Shown piece after piece: positions 1-11,800 of a stretch of DNA of 64,000 nucleotides (the first letter of the stretch is position 1; the number at the start of each line of letters is the position of its first letter). The notes beneath the pieces were generated by a model. It ran no database searches, was not told the origin of the DNA, and was given only the letters and a program-made list of their open reading frames with translations. Position numbers and translations under genes: made by a program. Source of the DNA: Marsupella aquatica (taxonomy: Eukaryota; Plantae; Marchantiophyta); assembly GCA_973895155.1 (NCBI GenBank), contig OZ316899.1:7629241-7693240 (forward strand), written 5' to 3'.

Positions 1-144
1 GTTCGTTTTCCGGATACATAGTTTGGAAGGACGTTTAGGGTTATTGTCTTCAAATTGACAACGTTACATTGATTCTGGCAGGTTTTTTGTTATTTCCCAA
101 TCACTCTCTGACTTCAGCACTTATCCACACTACAGACTTGGCAT

Positions 145-463
145 GTGGAGAACAAATCCCCACCAGGGATAGTGCGATACCACCAAGATAGTCTAGCATG
201 GAAGCACATTGATGCCACTTGGCCGGATTTTGCCCAGGAGCCTAGGAATGTTTGTTTGGGGTTGGAAATTGATGGAGTGAACCCATATAAGCAACGACAG
301 AAACCTAAGTCCATCTGGCCTGTTCTTTTGATAAATCAGAACATCCCTCCATGGTTGGCAATGAAGAAGGGTCATGTGCTTTTATTAGCTATAATTCCAT
401 GACCCAAGGCCTGTAAGAATCCTGATATCTGTTTGGCTCCAGCTTATGAAGAGCTACATAATC
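145..463 (+). pseudogene. Fragment of a CACTA/En-Spm TnpD transposase (Transposase_21-like), interrupted by the CACTA end at 464
   Basis: DSLAWKHID..WPDFAQEPRNVCLGLEIDGVNP..SIWPVLLINQNIPPW..MKK motifs, homologous to the TnpD segment at 16108-16608; premature stop at 400-402. Confidence 0.85.
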
Positions 464-499
464 CACTACTACACTATCATCCATTTTTGCAAACCCAAA

Positions 500-1030
500 A
501 ATATCGCAACTAACAAAGAACTCTACATCAAGAATTCTACGTGTTGCGATTAAATGCGCATCGCAACACCTTCGCCACTTGCAAACCTAAATGCTTCGCA
601 ATTGGACCATCGCAACACCATCGCAACGACTTCGCAATTACCCAACCACATAGCCTCGCAATTTGCCGTACCTGTGTGATGTTTTGTGTATCGCATGCAG
701 TTCGCAAAGCCCCACACCAACGCCGCTGCGGTTGTTCAAATTTGCGAATGCTTTTGCTTCACAGATGGTTTGCGGTATTAGTTGACTCAGAATCTGAGAT
801 ACTTTTAGGTTCATAAGTTGCCGTTGCATTTGTATCGCAGATACTGGAGTGTTTTGCTTCAAATAGAATGAATCAATTGCGTTCGCAATTAGCAAAGAGA
901 GAAGAATGGGATAGTTATGAACTAGATTGAATGTAAAAGTGTGATGCAATGTTGCTCACAGGTTGCAAGGTAAATGAGCTGGTTAGTTTTGAAGTTTAGG
1001 AATTCTCAACCGGTTCGCAATTGTTTGAAA
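500..1030. repeat. CACTA subterminal repeat region (TCGCAA/TTGCGA in both orientations)
   Basis: Many direct and inverted copies immediately inside the CACTA terminus; the motif recurs at 1910-2090 and 3440-3650. Confidence 0.75.
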
Positions 1031-1261
1031 GCACAAGCTTCAATAAACATTTTGCAAGGTATTCCTCTTGGGTATGGACCCAATGTATTGGAAGGCAAAA
1101 TTGGTGTTTATAAGATGAGAAATAGGTGCATGTACAAAATGTAGGAGTTCAAGGAACCCTATTCATAAGAAGGGTGGCATATGTGATGCCAAGTGGACCC
1201 TACTAACCATATCCTACCTCTTCCTATCCTAAGCTCTTACATGGCTAGTCACTCAAACTTA

Positions 1262-3293
1262 CTAAAATGGGCTCTTTCTACCCCTCTTGGCCGGCTTCTT
1301 GCCCTTATCCTTTCGGGAACGTATATCCTGCTGCTGACGGGTGCGCAGGGCCCGTGGGTGCTCCTGCTCCTCCTCCTGTTCCTCCTGCCCCTCCTGCTCA
1401 TCCTCATCGTTGTCACCTGCCTCCTGCTCCCCCTCATCATCAACCTGTCTCGCTGACGCAAGACTAGTGCGACTGCCATGATGGGATGAACCGCCCTCAT
1501 GGCTATTGTCTCCCCCCTAAGCACCACTAGTAAGGGGCTGATCCTCATCATCACTATTGCTCACATCAGCACCCGACCTCTCAGGCTCATCCGAATCCTG
1601 CATCCATATACTCAATGAGTTTATGCAAAATTAAAGGGTCCCCAACAATGTTTGCATGACAACTAAAAAATTGTCAAAACTAAGATACTCACAGTAGCCA
1701 ACTCGGCATCTACCATCGCAAAGAGGTACTTTTGTCCATGCTCCATTGCTGTCTCAATATATTTCTTTGATATCTTTCTCTTGTATTTCCAGTACTGTCA
1801 TGCATGCCACCAAAAATTAAACACAAAAAAATAAAACCTAGCTTATAGCCTAAAACTCACCCTAATTAAACCCCACAAAAGCAAACCTCATTCCAAGGGA
1901 ATTCATAAACTTTGCGAAGCTAATAGGTTGACAACATGGGAAGGCCAATATTTTGCAAACTCATTGCGATGTTCGTTGCGATGCGCGTTCCTTCGCAACG
2001 GGTTTGCAACTGGGGAAAAACAAAAGTCCATAATAGAGTTTGCGAACAGGTTGCGAAGGGATACGCATTGCAACGGGTTCGCAAACTGTTTTCCCAAGAG
2101 TTTTTAAAAAGGTGCCCAAAATTCTAAGTGTCAAACATGACCTAAAACAATACACAAGCAAAGCACATGAGAGCTTCAACATTCATGGGATTCCATTCAC
2201 TTGCATTGCCCCACTGGGAAACTAAGTTGGAAAGAGAGTACGAAGGGGAGGAGGCACTCACGAAGTGAGCCTTGAGGCCGGGGAGCCCGCCTTGACCCAA
2301 CCTGTAGATTGGATTGGGGGTGGCCTTTACTCGCTTGGCTGCATCCGTGAATCGCTTGGGTGGTCTTCCTTCTTGATCAACCACCTTCTGCACATCAGCC
2401 ACCTTCTGTTCGAGTCCCTTCAAGTCGTGGTCAGGGGAGAGCTTCCCGGCCTCCTTTGCCTTCAAGGCTCGAGCCAATGCATCCTTCCACTGATCTAACT
2501 CACCAGCTGCTTTGATCTGATCTGCACCTCAATCTTGTAAAATGCATTCCAAATGTCCTCGGTGAAATGGAGGGGTCTACGCAAATTCCTGTACGATCTC
2601 AAGTCTTTCAGGTGGGCTCTGATCTTCATCCTGTCATGGTATCTCACTTGAGACATAGAATTTGAAATCTTGTCTCCCAGCCATTGCTCATCTATGTCAG
2701 GTCCGTTGCAAAATGCATCCTTGATCTGATTGATCACCCTCTTTCGTTCTGCCTTCTCAACCTTTCCCCACTGCATGCCTCGTGAGAAATTGCTTGTGAT
2801 GATCTGCTTGATTGTGCTCTTAGCCCCTGCATAGGCTAGCTCTGTTGGAGTTCCACTTGTCTCCAAGGCAATGAATGGCAACTTTTTCCTTGGTTCCTCT
2901 TTTTGACGTTGCTCATCCCTCTGTTTTCAAATTGCATCCCTCTCCTCTCTTCTCTTCTTTTTTTAAGGGCTTGAGGAGAAGCAACTCCCGATTTATCCCT
3001 CTCCTCTCTCTTCCTTTTTTTTCTCTAGCTTTCTCCTCAGCTGCGGCCCTTTCCTCCTCCCCTCTAGTAGCCTGCCTAGCTAGAATTCCTGTCTGCAAAA
3101 TCTGCCCTAGAATGCTTGTCAACGAGGCAAGCCCTACTGGAGTATTCAAATTCACTTCGCCCAACTGTGCAGCATTGAGATGTTGGGCCACTAAATCTGC
3201 AAATGCATTCCCCTCCTTCTCTTGATTCGTCCCATTGCCACTACCACTAGCACCACTAGCACCATGTTGTCCACTTCCCTCACCACCAGCCAT
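1262..3293 (-). pseudogene. Spliced TnpA-like (Transposase_24/Ptta-type) accessory gene; exons about 3293-2262, 1794-1693 and 1597-1262
   Basis: RPLHFTEDIWNAF and YRLGQGG motifs resemble En/Spm ORF2 proteins; GTGAGT donors at 2261 and 1692, CAG acceptors, a 102-nt in-frame middle exon and an acidic/basic last exon; frameshift and stops present. Confidence 0.6.
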
Positions 3294-3659
3294 AGCCTTC
3301 CACCTCTCAAGTCTCTTTCTTCTCCTTGCGCGCAGCTACACTACCCTCTCGCCTTCTCCGCTCGTTCTCTCGACAAAACATAGGAATGAGCTCAACGCGA
3401 GCTCCCACCGACACTTACGGCATTCAAAAAAAAGGGTGTTGCGATCAGATTCGCATGGGAAACTCCCATCCTATACGCTTCGCAAACCATTTCGCAAATT
3501 GCGACCTTGTTGTGAAGGTTTAGTCATCGCAAGGCAATTGCAACCTGCAGAAGGGACCAAAATTTGCTCTTGGCCTCTATTTTTGCGAAGTTGTTGCAAA
3601 GCGTAGAGGTTTGCAAAAATTCTCTCTAAGTTGTGAACTAATTTGCGAGGCAGGTGATA

Positions 3660-4235
3660 TCGGTTTAGGGTGATATCGGTTTAGGGTGGGAAACGACCCC
3701 GAGTACATTAAACGGCTTTAGAAGGGTAAGTTGCATAAACCCACAACTCTTGTGATTTGCCAAGTTAGGAAAATATAATTGGGTTTTGAGTCAAGGTGTT
3801 TTGTGTTTAATTGAGGGACTTAATTTTTTTTTGTCCAATGTAGGGGTTTAATGTAGGGGTTAGGTTTTAATGTAAGGGTTGGCTTTGACTTCTAACTTAG
3901 GGTTTTTGCACTATATTGAAGTTTAGGTCATGGTCTATTTAATTGAGGGCTTTGGGTTAGGGTTTCATGGGAAATGCTTTGGGTTAGGGTTTAAGGTAAG
4001 GGTTTTGGTTAGTAAGGTTTTACCTTTGAAGTTTGGGTGTGGGTTTAAGGTAGGGGTTCCTATTACTTAGGTTTTACCTTTGAAGTTGTGTTAGGGTCTA
4101 GGGTAGGGGTTTGAGTTAGGTTTTAATAGAGGTTTTGTTTATTTTCTAATTGAGGGTTTACTTTGGGTTAGGGTTCACTAAGGGTTTAGGGTTAGGGTCT
4201 AGGGTAGGGGTTTGGGTTAGGTTTTCATTTAGGGT
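3660..4235 (+). repeat. Degenerate telomere-like/telobox array (TTAGGG, TTTAGGG, TAGGGTT)
   Basis: Numerous interrupted G/T-rich TAGGG units, all on one strand. Confidence 0.7.
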
Positions 4236-4464
4236 ATGCTTTCATTTTTCCATTAACATAAAGGGTTGGAACACTCTAGGACTACTTGCACGACACTTCC
4301 GCATCTTTTTCAAAGTTTTGGCTAATGCATATGCATTGCGAGAGCCCGGGCATCTGAAAGGTACAACTTGTTTTAAAGCCTTTTGGTTTATATTGGAACT
4401 ATTGAGGGTTATAGTCTATCATCCCTTTCTCTACTTGATCATGAGTCATGGCTTATAATGTATT

Positions 4465-4595
4465 TGTTCAACATCACAATAATGTAAACACTTTATTCAT
4501 CTCCATCTATATACATAGTAGGTTGCTAAGGGAGTTGGTTGTGTAACCGCCTTAGTCCTAACCTTTGAGTAGACCTAACCTAAGGGATTATAACA
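4465..4595 (-). repeat. 3' LTR of copia-1 (131 bp)
   Basis: Direct repeat of 13746-13876; adjacent PPT at 4596-4606. Confidence 0.95.
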
Positions 4596-5157
4596 CTCCC
4601 CCTTGGATGCATTGTTTGTTGTGGTAAACATGCAGACATTGAAGGTCTAACGTTGATAGGAAACTTAAGTGTTTCCTATGTTTGGTGATTGTTTGTGACG
4701 CCGCCGGTACGGTGAGTAATGAGTAATTCGGTCTAAACCGTGCCTAGCACGCGCGTTAGGGGTATCTTAGGCCGCTATGATTAGCATAACGACAGTATTT
4801 AGGTAGCCATTATGAGTAGGAAATCATTAGTCAATAAGGGGAATTCATGTTCGGGCTGGCGGCGCGTCGCCATTCGCACGCCCGGGTTACGAGCGTGGAG
4901 GGGCCCCTCCCTCTGGTCCGTATAACAAACTTCGGGAGGCGTCCACTGACACGCGGTGACTCAGACCGGCGGAGTGGCCGGTACACTACAAACATGAACG
5001 GTTCAGCCTATAGGCAACGAGGAGATGTCGGGGGATCGACAAGCCCTCAAGGTAAAAGGGAGCCGACCCTTTGGAGTGCACCAGTCCATCAGTCCACGCG
5101 CCAGCTTTGACCCCAGCTCTCTCGTTCGCTCTAAGTCGCCACTACTATCTCCTCTGA

Positions 5158-5919
5158 ATGTCACACACGATCCTCTCCAGTTCGGCCATTCAATTCTGGA
5201 CGCAGTTCCTATCTACCGGAAGACACTTGGCCGACTCATTGAAACATGCCAACCCACGCCGATACGAAATCGAACGCGAGTATGAGAGAGCCATCCGCCT
5301 AGCAGGACGACACCACTACATCCTTAAATTTGACTACCCGTCTCAGAGCGAGCTTTACCGACCAGCAGAGGTATCTGGGTACTTCTTCAACGAAGACAAA
5401 TATATTGGTTTCTGGGAAGCATTGCTTCGGCTTCCGGACGAGATCTTCAATATCCCGGGTACGATCGACTTGCAACGACATCACTTTGACCACATCCCTG
5501 CTCAGGTTCGGGCTATCATCAACAGCGAGTCCAGCACTACCCGTTCGACAAGGTCGTCTACACTTGCTTCGGAGAACTTCTACCAGCACCTGCAGAGCTT
5601 CATGGGAACTAGATCCGCAACCACCGGTGCCAGCCCAGTGGACCCATACCCGTACCCGTACCAACGCAGACTCAGGCTCAGGCTCAGCTTTAGGCTCAGC
5701 TTCAGTCTCAGCCTCAACCTAGCCAACCCCCACCACCGATCGCCCCGCCAACAGTACAAGTACGCTCCGTCATCAACGCTGTGGACCTTAGTGATGACGA
5801 CGAGGCTACCCCACCCTTGCTCAGGCGGCCCAGAGGAGCAAACACTCAAGGGGCCGACACTACATCATCCCCTCCCCATGCTCGGACCCAAGGAGTGGCT
5901 CCAGCAGACAACACGGTGA
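5158..5919 (+). pseudogene. N-terminal part of the LTR-A protein, frameshifted relative to 5781-7814
   Basis: In copy 2 the same peptide (RLPDE..ENFYQHLQSFMG) is in one frame with the downstream ORF (49983-51338). Confidence 0.7.
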
Positions 5920-7814
5920 CCGTGGCCGCCCCGGGACCAATACTAACGGCGGTAGCACTACCTATGCCCGATCGAGAGGATGGGGAGGTGTCACCTTCCC
6001 CGAGCCAGTCACGGGGGAAGAAGAGGAAGGAACCCGCCACTGCATCTGGGTTACCATTGGCCACGGTAGCCGTGGTCGAGGTGACAATGCACCGCATGGG
6101 GGAAAACGTGCATAAGAACATCCTCCATCCCAAGCATGCGGTGTACCTGAAGACTCAGGGATTCGAGCACCTTGCCGCTCTGCCCTGGAACACTTGCAGG
6201 TACTACGGGGAGGACATGACAGAATTGGTCAAGAATTATGATGACGCACGTCAGCATACTCAGCTACGGGGAAGGAATATGTCCCTCACGGAAGAACGGC
6301 TCAAGATGATCTTCAGATTACCCGAAGGTGACCATCGAGTCAAATCATGGGCTCCCGTGGGCAAGGGAGCCAAGTACCAATCCTCAAGTTTTCCCTCAAA
6401 AGGAGCAGTGGACAACGGGTTCGTGATGAGGACCTGCCTCATCCTCGAGATAGCTGAGCGACTGGAGTTCCAAAGGTACGCCCTCCACATGATGGAGCCC
6501 CGGGGGGAGATCTCCGCCGCCCAGGTTATCCAGGTCGAGAACTATCGACCTAGGAAGTGGGCATCGTACTTCGCTAAGAAATTCCATGAAGAGATGGAGC
6601 GGCGAAGGAAGACGCTGTACATTGGCAGGAAGGCGTATTTCGCTAGCCACATTGAGATCATTCTTGAGTGGTACGCTCGGTTTGATCGACGAACCCTTCC
6701 CCGTGTCAACGTTACAAAGCTGGTCCCAGCTAGGTGGGTTTTTCCGGCCTTGGAGAGACGGCCCCAACTCGAGGCCCGAAGTCCAGCGGACACGCAAGCT
6801 TCACCCACCCCACCTCCACAAGTAGCTGTAGTCATAACCGAGGAGGTACCGGATGGGTCGGTTATTGCAACCGTTGATGCGATCCAACAGGCCGGGCTAA
6901 GTACAGAAGTCGGTACAACGGAGGTCTTACTCGAGCCCGGGTCTCCAAAAGACCCACCGATGGCTATTCCGGAGAACCGGACATTGCTGCAGGAGGACAC
7001 TCCAGCCCCTTCCAACATTACGTCCCCAGGGCTGGATGTTACTGCCCCGGCCCCCGCTCGTGTTGACGTCTGCCCGTGCCCAACTCCGGACAGGCACAAC
7101 CTGGACCACCCGGAACTCTTCGTACCGGGTACATTTCTGAACGGGCTTCTGGGAGATTTCTCTCATCAAATTGCCCGGGATACCATGGAGTTCATGGCCC
7201 GGAAGGTAGCCTGTTTCTTCAATCAGGAGTTAGTTGCTGCAGTAAAGGCAGGTCGGGCCCAGTCAGAGGCCCTTCAGAGGATAGAGCGGTACCGGGTGGA
7301 GTCCGTATACTTAAAGAACAAAGTTGCGGCTCAAGAGGCTGAGCTTCTGCAACTACGACCCAAAGTTGCAGCCGCCGATGATTTGTTAGCAAAGGCGCAC
7401 GCCCTTACCGCCCTAGCCGAGCAGGCCAAAGCTGGGAATGAGGCCGAGATTGCACGACTCCGGAACCAGATTGACAGTTTGAAGAATCAAACTGTCATCT
7501 GGCAGAAGGACCTGGAGGAGGCCAAAGAACGGGCCCAACGGGACACTGCGGAGATAGCCACGCTACAGGCCGAAGTGGCACGGCTCCAAACCAAAGCCGA
7601 GAAGCAGGACCAGCTGGCGGGCAAGCTGACGAGCGACGCCCAGCAGCTGGAGGAGGCATGCCAGGAGGCAGCGGAGGAGACGGACGCGGCGAAGCGAGAG
7701 AACGAATCTTTGCTGGACCAGGTCCAGCTCCTCAAGGCAGACAACGACAGACTTCGTAAGCAACGGGATGGCCGCTTCCACTCGGGCGGCTCTGGCAAGC
7801 GTGCCAGGCATTAA
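5781..7814 (+). CDS. LTR-A-encoded protein: PMD/Athila-ORF-like plant transposon domain plus C-terminal coiled coil
   Basis: 677-aa ORF; GFEHLAALPW..ELVKNY..LRGRNMSLTEERLKMIFRLPEG pattern; heptad-rich last ~170 aa; basic NLS-like RGKKRK. Confidence 0.75.
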   Translation: MDLSDDDEATPPLLRRPRGANTQGADTTSSPPHARTQGVAPADNTVTVAAPGPILTAVALPMPDREDGEVSPSPSQSRGKKRKEPATASGLPLATVAVVEVTMHRMGENVHKNILHPKHAVYLKTQGFEHLAALPWNTCRYYGEDMTELVKNYDDARQHTQLRGRNMSLTEERLKMIFRLPEGDHRVKSWAPVGKGAKYQSSSFPSKGAVDNGFVMRTCLILEIAERLEFQRYALHMMEPRGEISAAQVIQVENYRPRKWASYFAKKFHEEMERRRKTLYIGRKAYFASHIEIILEWYARFDRRTLPRVNVTKLVPARWVFPALERRPQLEARSPADTQASPTPPPQVAVVITEEVPDGSVIATVDAIQQAGLSTEVGTTEVLLEPGSPKDPPMAIPENRTLLQEDTPAPSNITSPGLDVTAPAPARVDVCPCPTPDRHNLDHPELFVPGTFLNGLLGDFSHQIARDTMEFMARKVACFFNQELVAAVKAGRAQSEALQRIERYRVESVYLKNKVAAQEAELLQLRPKVAAADDLLAKAHALTALAEQAKAGNEAEIARLRNQIDSLKNQTVIWQKDLEEAKERAQRDTAEIATLQAEVARLQTKAEKQDQLAGKLTSDAQQLEEACQEAAEETDAAKRENESLLDQVQLLKADNDRLRKQRDGRFHSGGSGKRARH

Positions 7815-8030
7815 TGGCGGAGTAGGAATAGAATAGGGTTAGGAGTAGCTAAGTCAGGCTATTGGGACAGGCACCTGCCTTAGTTACAGCAGCACTGCCA
7901 TGCTGTCCAGCCTGCGTAGATTAGGATCTTCTAATAAGACACAGCCATTTTTTGGCCTGACAGTCAGATTAGTTAGGACCTAAGTCAGCGAATCTTCGGG
8001 CGGGAGGACACTCCGTTCCCCGGCCCTTAG

Positions 8031-8075
8031 TATTTAGTGCACCCCTCGGTAGAGGCAAGGGGGGGTTTTAGTCTC
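8031..8075 (+). promoter_or_regulatory. Putative LTR-A core promoter (TATA-like TATTTAG plus CGGTAGAGGCAAGGGGGGG)
   Basis: The same motif follows TATATAG in the different LTR at 63931-63967. Confidence 0.45.
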
Positions 8076-8875
8076 AGAGTTGGACATCCGTGGTATGCGC
8101 GGGGAGTCCCGACCTCTGGGAGTGAAAGAGTACCAAGGGGAGGGGGTAGGACTAAGCTCGCCAGGTGAGTGCGGAGCCGAACTCCATTGTAGTATACTCT
8201 CTTGGCCTTGAACCTGTTCATTTTGGAGCTGTTGGGTCAACCAAGTGTACGCACATGTCCCCTATGTAGTAAAATCCTTTCCCATTATTTCCTTCGTGTA
8301 AATTGAGATTGTATGCTTGTACGCGTGTATGTGTGTGTGAATCTCGTGTATAGGTGGCAACGCCGGGCCGAACGCACTACCCAAGTCGTGCACGGGGTGC
8401 AGCTTGCGGGTATGTGGTTGCGAGCACGGGTTGAGGACCTGTATCATTGAATCCGGATCGAAGGCAGACAACACGAAGGCTTAGAAGTCCTTAAGCCGGG
8501 GTCGATCCTGTTATCGACTAAGGTACGTTCCGGCGGCAGAACATAAACCATACCTAGGAGATGTCCGTATCTAACAGTAGGCGCACTTAGTGCTAGTTTA
8601 CGTGAATTAGGTGCATTACGCGCTTCCCTCCCTGCCCGAACCCTCATATTTACGAAGGAGGTGCCCGTTTAAAGCTGAAGCCCGAGTTAAGGCCAAGGCT
8701 GATGATGTGACATTGTTGAAGTGATTGTCTAGTAGGGTGATATAAATTAGGGTGTAACCTCATTAAAACCCCCCTCCTTTCTTGTGGGGAAAAAAGAGTG
8801 TTACCACCCTGTCCTTATATGTCCTGGAATCAGCGTTTATAGAGTAATTGGGTGTTAATCATGTCTGGGTTAATG

Positions 8876-11800
8876 TTATAAGTCGTAGGTGGTCGGTAAT
8901 GTAACTGGAGGTAGGGACTTGGTGAATAGGTCTGCGCTGTTCTCAGGGCCGGGGATCCATTTCACATCAATTGTATTGCCCAGTTGTTCGTGTGCAAAAA
9001 AGAACTTAGGAGCTATGTGCTTCGTCTTATCTCTTTTAATGAATCCGGCTAATATTTGTTCTACGCATGGTCGATTATCTTCATAGATTATCGTAGGCAA
9101 ATTGAGTTTAGGCATACCTATGGTCTCTTGAATGTAATCAATGACGTTTCGTAACCAGATACATTCCCTGCTTGCTTCATAAAGGGCAATAATCTCTGAG
9201 TGGTTCGAAGAGGTAGTAGTCAGAGTTTGTTTCGTGTTGCGCCAAGAGATTGCTGTGGGTCCGATGCGGAAGATATATCCGGTCTGTGATTTGGCATCTG
9301 CCGGGTCAGACAGATAGCCCGCGTCTGCATATCCTGTGAGTGTTAGGTCCATGGTGGTGGGATAAAATAATCCGAGGTCGATTGTCCCACTCAGGTAGCG
9401 CAGTATTTGTTTGAGTCCGTTCCAGTGCCTAATCGTAGGCTACGAGCTATGGCGGGACAGCAGGTTGACAGCAAAAGCGATATCTGGGCGAGTCTGGGAA
9501 GCTAAGAAAAGTAGTGCCCCTATAATGGACAAGTATGGTTTTTCGGGACCAAGAAGTGGCTCCTGTTCGGTTCTTTTCCGAAAGATGTCTTTCTCTTTAT
9601 CCAGTGAACGTAGGTCCATTGGTGATTTCATTGATTTTACTGTATGCATGTTGAATTGTTTCAGCATCCTGCGGGTATAAGTTGATTGGTGGAGGAATAC
9701 TCCACTCATAAGGTGTTCGAACTGCAGTCCGAGGCAGAATGCAGTTCTGCCTAGATCTCTGGTTTCAAATACCCTATTCAGCTGTTTAATTGTGTCATGT
9801 AGGATCTTTTCTGTGCCAAATAGGTTTAGATCGTCCACGTAGATGGCCACAATGATTATTTCATGTCCTTCATGTTTAATGAATAGGCACGGGGTGATGT
9901 CTGATGTCTTGAAACCCATGGCCAACATCTCATGTTTGAAATGTTTATACCAGGTGCGTCCACTCTGCTTCAAGCCATACATGGATCGGAGGACCTGGAC
10001 AGCAAAACGAGTTCTTGCATGAAGTGCTTTCTCGTTCAGTTTGGGCTTAGTAGACGCTCGCCATCCTATTGCTTTTGCAGTGTTGTATAACAATGTTTTG
10101 TTTGTGTGGCCAAAAGGGCCTTCGCTCATAGTGTTTGTGTCTGGATGCCCCTTCTCCCCCTCAATGTGGTAGTTTACTCTGGTTATAAGTTCAGGAGGGG
10201 CTTCCATATAGATTGTAGTATCAAGGTGACCGTATAGGTAAGCGGTCACTATGTCCAGTTGATGCATTATAAATTAATGGTGTATGGCGAATGCTATTAG
10301 GTATGTGTACGTTATCACGTCCATGACCGGTGAGTAAGTTTGGTCATAGTCTCTGCCTGGGAGTTGTGTGAATCCTCTGGCTACTAATCTGGCTTTGTAT
10401 CTCACAATCGCTCCCTCGGCATTCCTCTTTTTGATGAATGTCCATTTGTAGCCCGTGAGGTGAACTTTCGGTGGAGCTGGTTTAATCGGGCCGAACACTT
10501 GCTGTGAGATCAAGGAGTCGAGTTCAGAGTTGATTGCACTTTGCCATTCTGGCCAGTCTTTTTGCTGGCATGCTTCATTGATGGTCATGGGATCAGGTAA
10601 GTCCGCTATTATCGCTTGTGAGATTTGGTATGCAAATATGCTATCCAATAATACTTTAGATCTGTCCCAGATGTTGCCAATGTGATTATAGTTAATTGCT
10701 ATCTCTTCGTTTTTTGTTGGTGTAGGTATAGCAAGTACCGTGGGTGCTGATGTCGCTTGTGTATTTTGCAGGACCCTTCTCTGGCGTGGTTGTTTGTCTC
10801 CAGCTCCTATGGGTTGTCCTCTCTTCTTCCTCGGTTCAGCAGTCATAGCAGCTTGTCGTTCCATTTTGATTCTGGAGGGGGCATTGGTAGCAAGTACGTG
10901 GGACCTGGTGATCTGTGCTACATCAGCAAACGCATCAGGTAATTGTTCCATGATTCTAGTGAGGTGGAGTATTCGCTGGACCTCAGTATCGATTTGTGCA
11001 GTTCTTGGGTCGTTCCAGAATTGCGAATTAATTTGCCATGCTAGGTCTTTAGTTGAGGCGTTAGTCTTATTCTCTCATGTACTCAAGCTTGGGAATGTAT
11101 CCTCATAAAAGTTGCAGTCCACAAATCTTGCTTTGTATACATCTGCGGTGGTAGGTTCCAAGTATCGTATGATTGATGCTGAGTCGTATCCAATGTAAAT
11201 TCCCTTTTGTCTTTGAGGTCCTAGCTTGGTCCGCTTGGGTCCCATTATCGGGACCAGAACCTGGCATCCGAATGTTCGGAGGTGTGCCAGGTTTGGCGTG
11301 GTACCAAATGCTAGTTTGTGTGGGGAGCTCGAGTTGAAGGCCGATAGGTGATATCTTAGTAATGCTGCTGCATGTAGGATGGCATGGCCCCAGGCTGTTG
11401 ATGGTAAATTTTTCTGCATCAGTAGTGGTCTCGCTATAGATTGCAGCCATTCAATCAAGGATTCAGCTATTCCATTTTGAAAATGGACATAGGCGACTGG
11501 GTATTCCACCTCTATGCCCGTTGCTACGCAGAAGTCATCGAATGTCTTTGATGTAAATTCTCCCGCATTGTCCACTCTGATTATTTTGATGGGATGGTCA
11601 GGGAACTGGGATTTCAGACGTAGGATATGTGCTAATAGGCGTGGGAAGACCAAGTTTCGTGTGGAGAGGAGGGAAACCTGGGACCACTTGGATGATGCGT
11701 CAATTGTTGCAAGGAAGAATCGGAAGGGGCCACTGGGGGGGTCTACAGGGCCACAGACGTCCGCATGGATTCGCTCAAGAAATTGGGGTATGCGCTTGTC

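Larger units (their letters stand above)
4694..8712 (+). mobile_element. Giant solo LTR, family A copy 1 (4019 bp), protein-coding
   Basis: TGTGACG...GTGACA ends; TSD TTGTT at 4689-4693 and 8713-8717; inverted second copy at 32601-52068; no gag/pol. Confidence 0.88.

Noticed and set aside
1193-1456. Leu-rich membrane protein ORF
   Set aside because: Antisense shadow of the acidic last exon of the TnpA-like gene.
3660-4235. True telomere or fusion scar
   Set aside because: Repeats are heavily interrupted, internal to a TE and not inverted.
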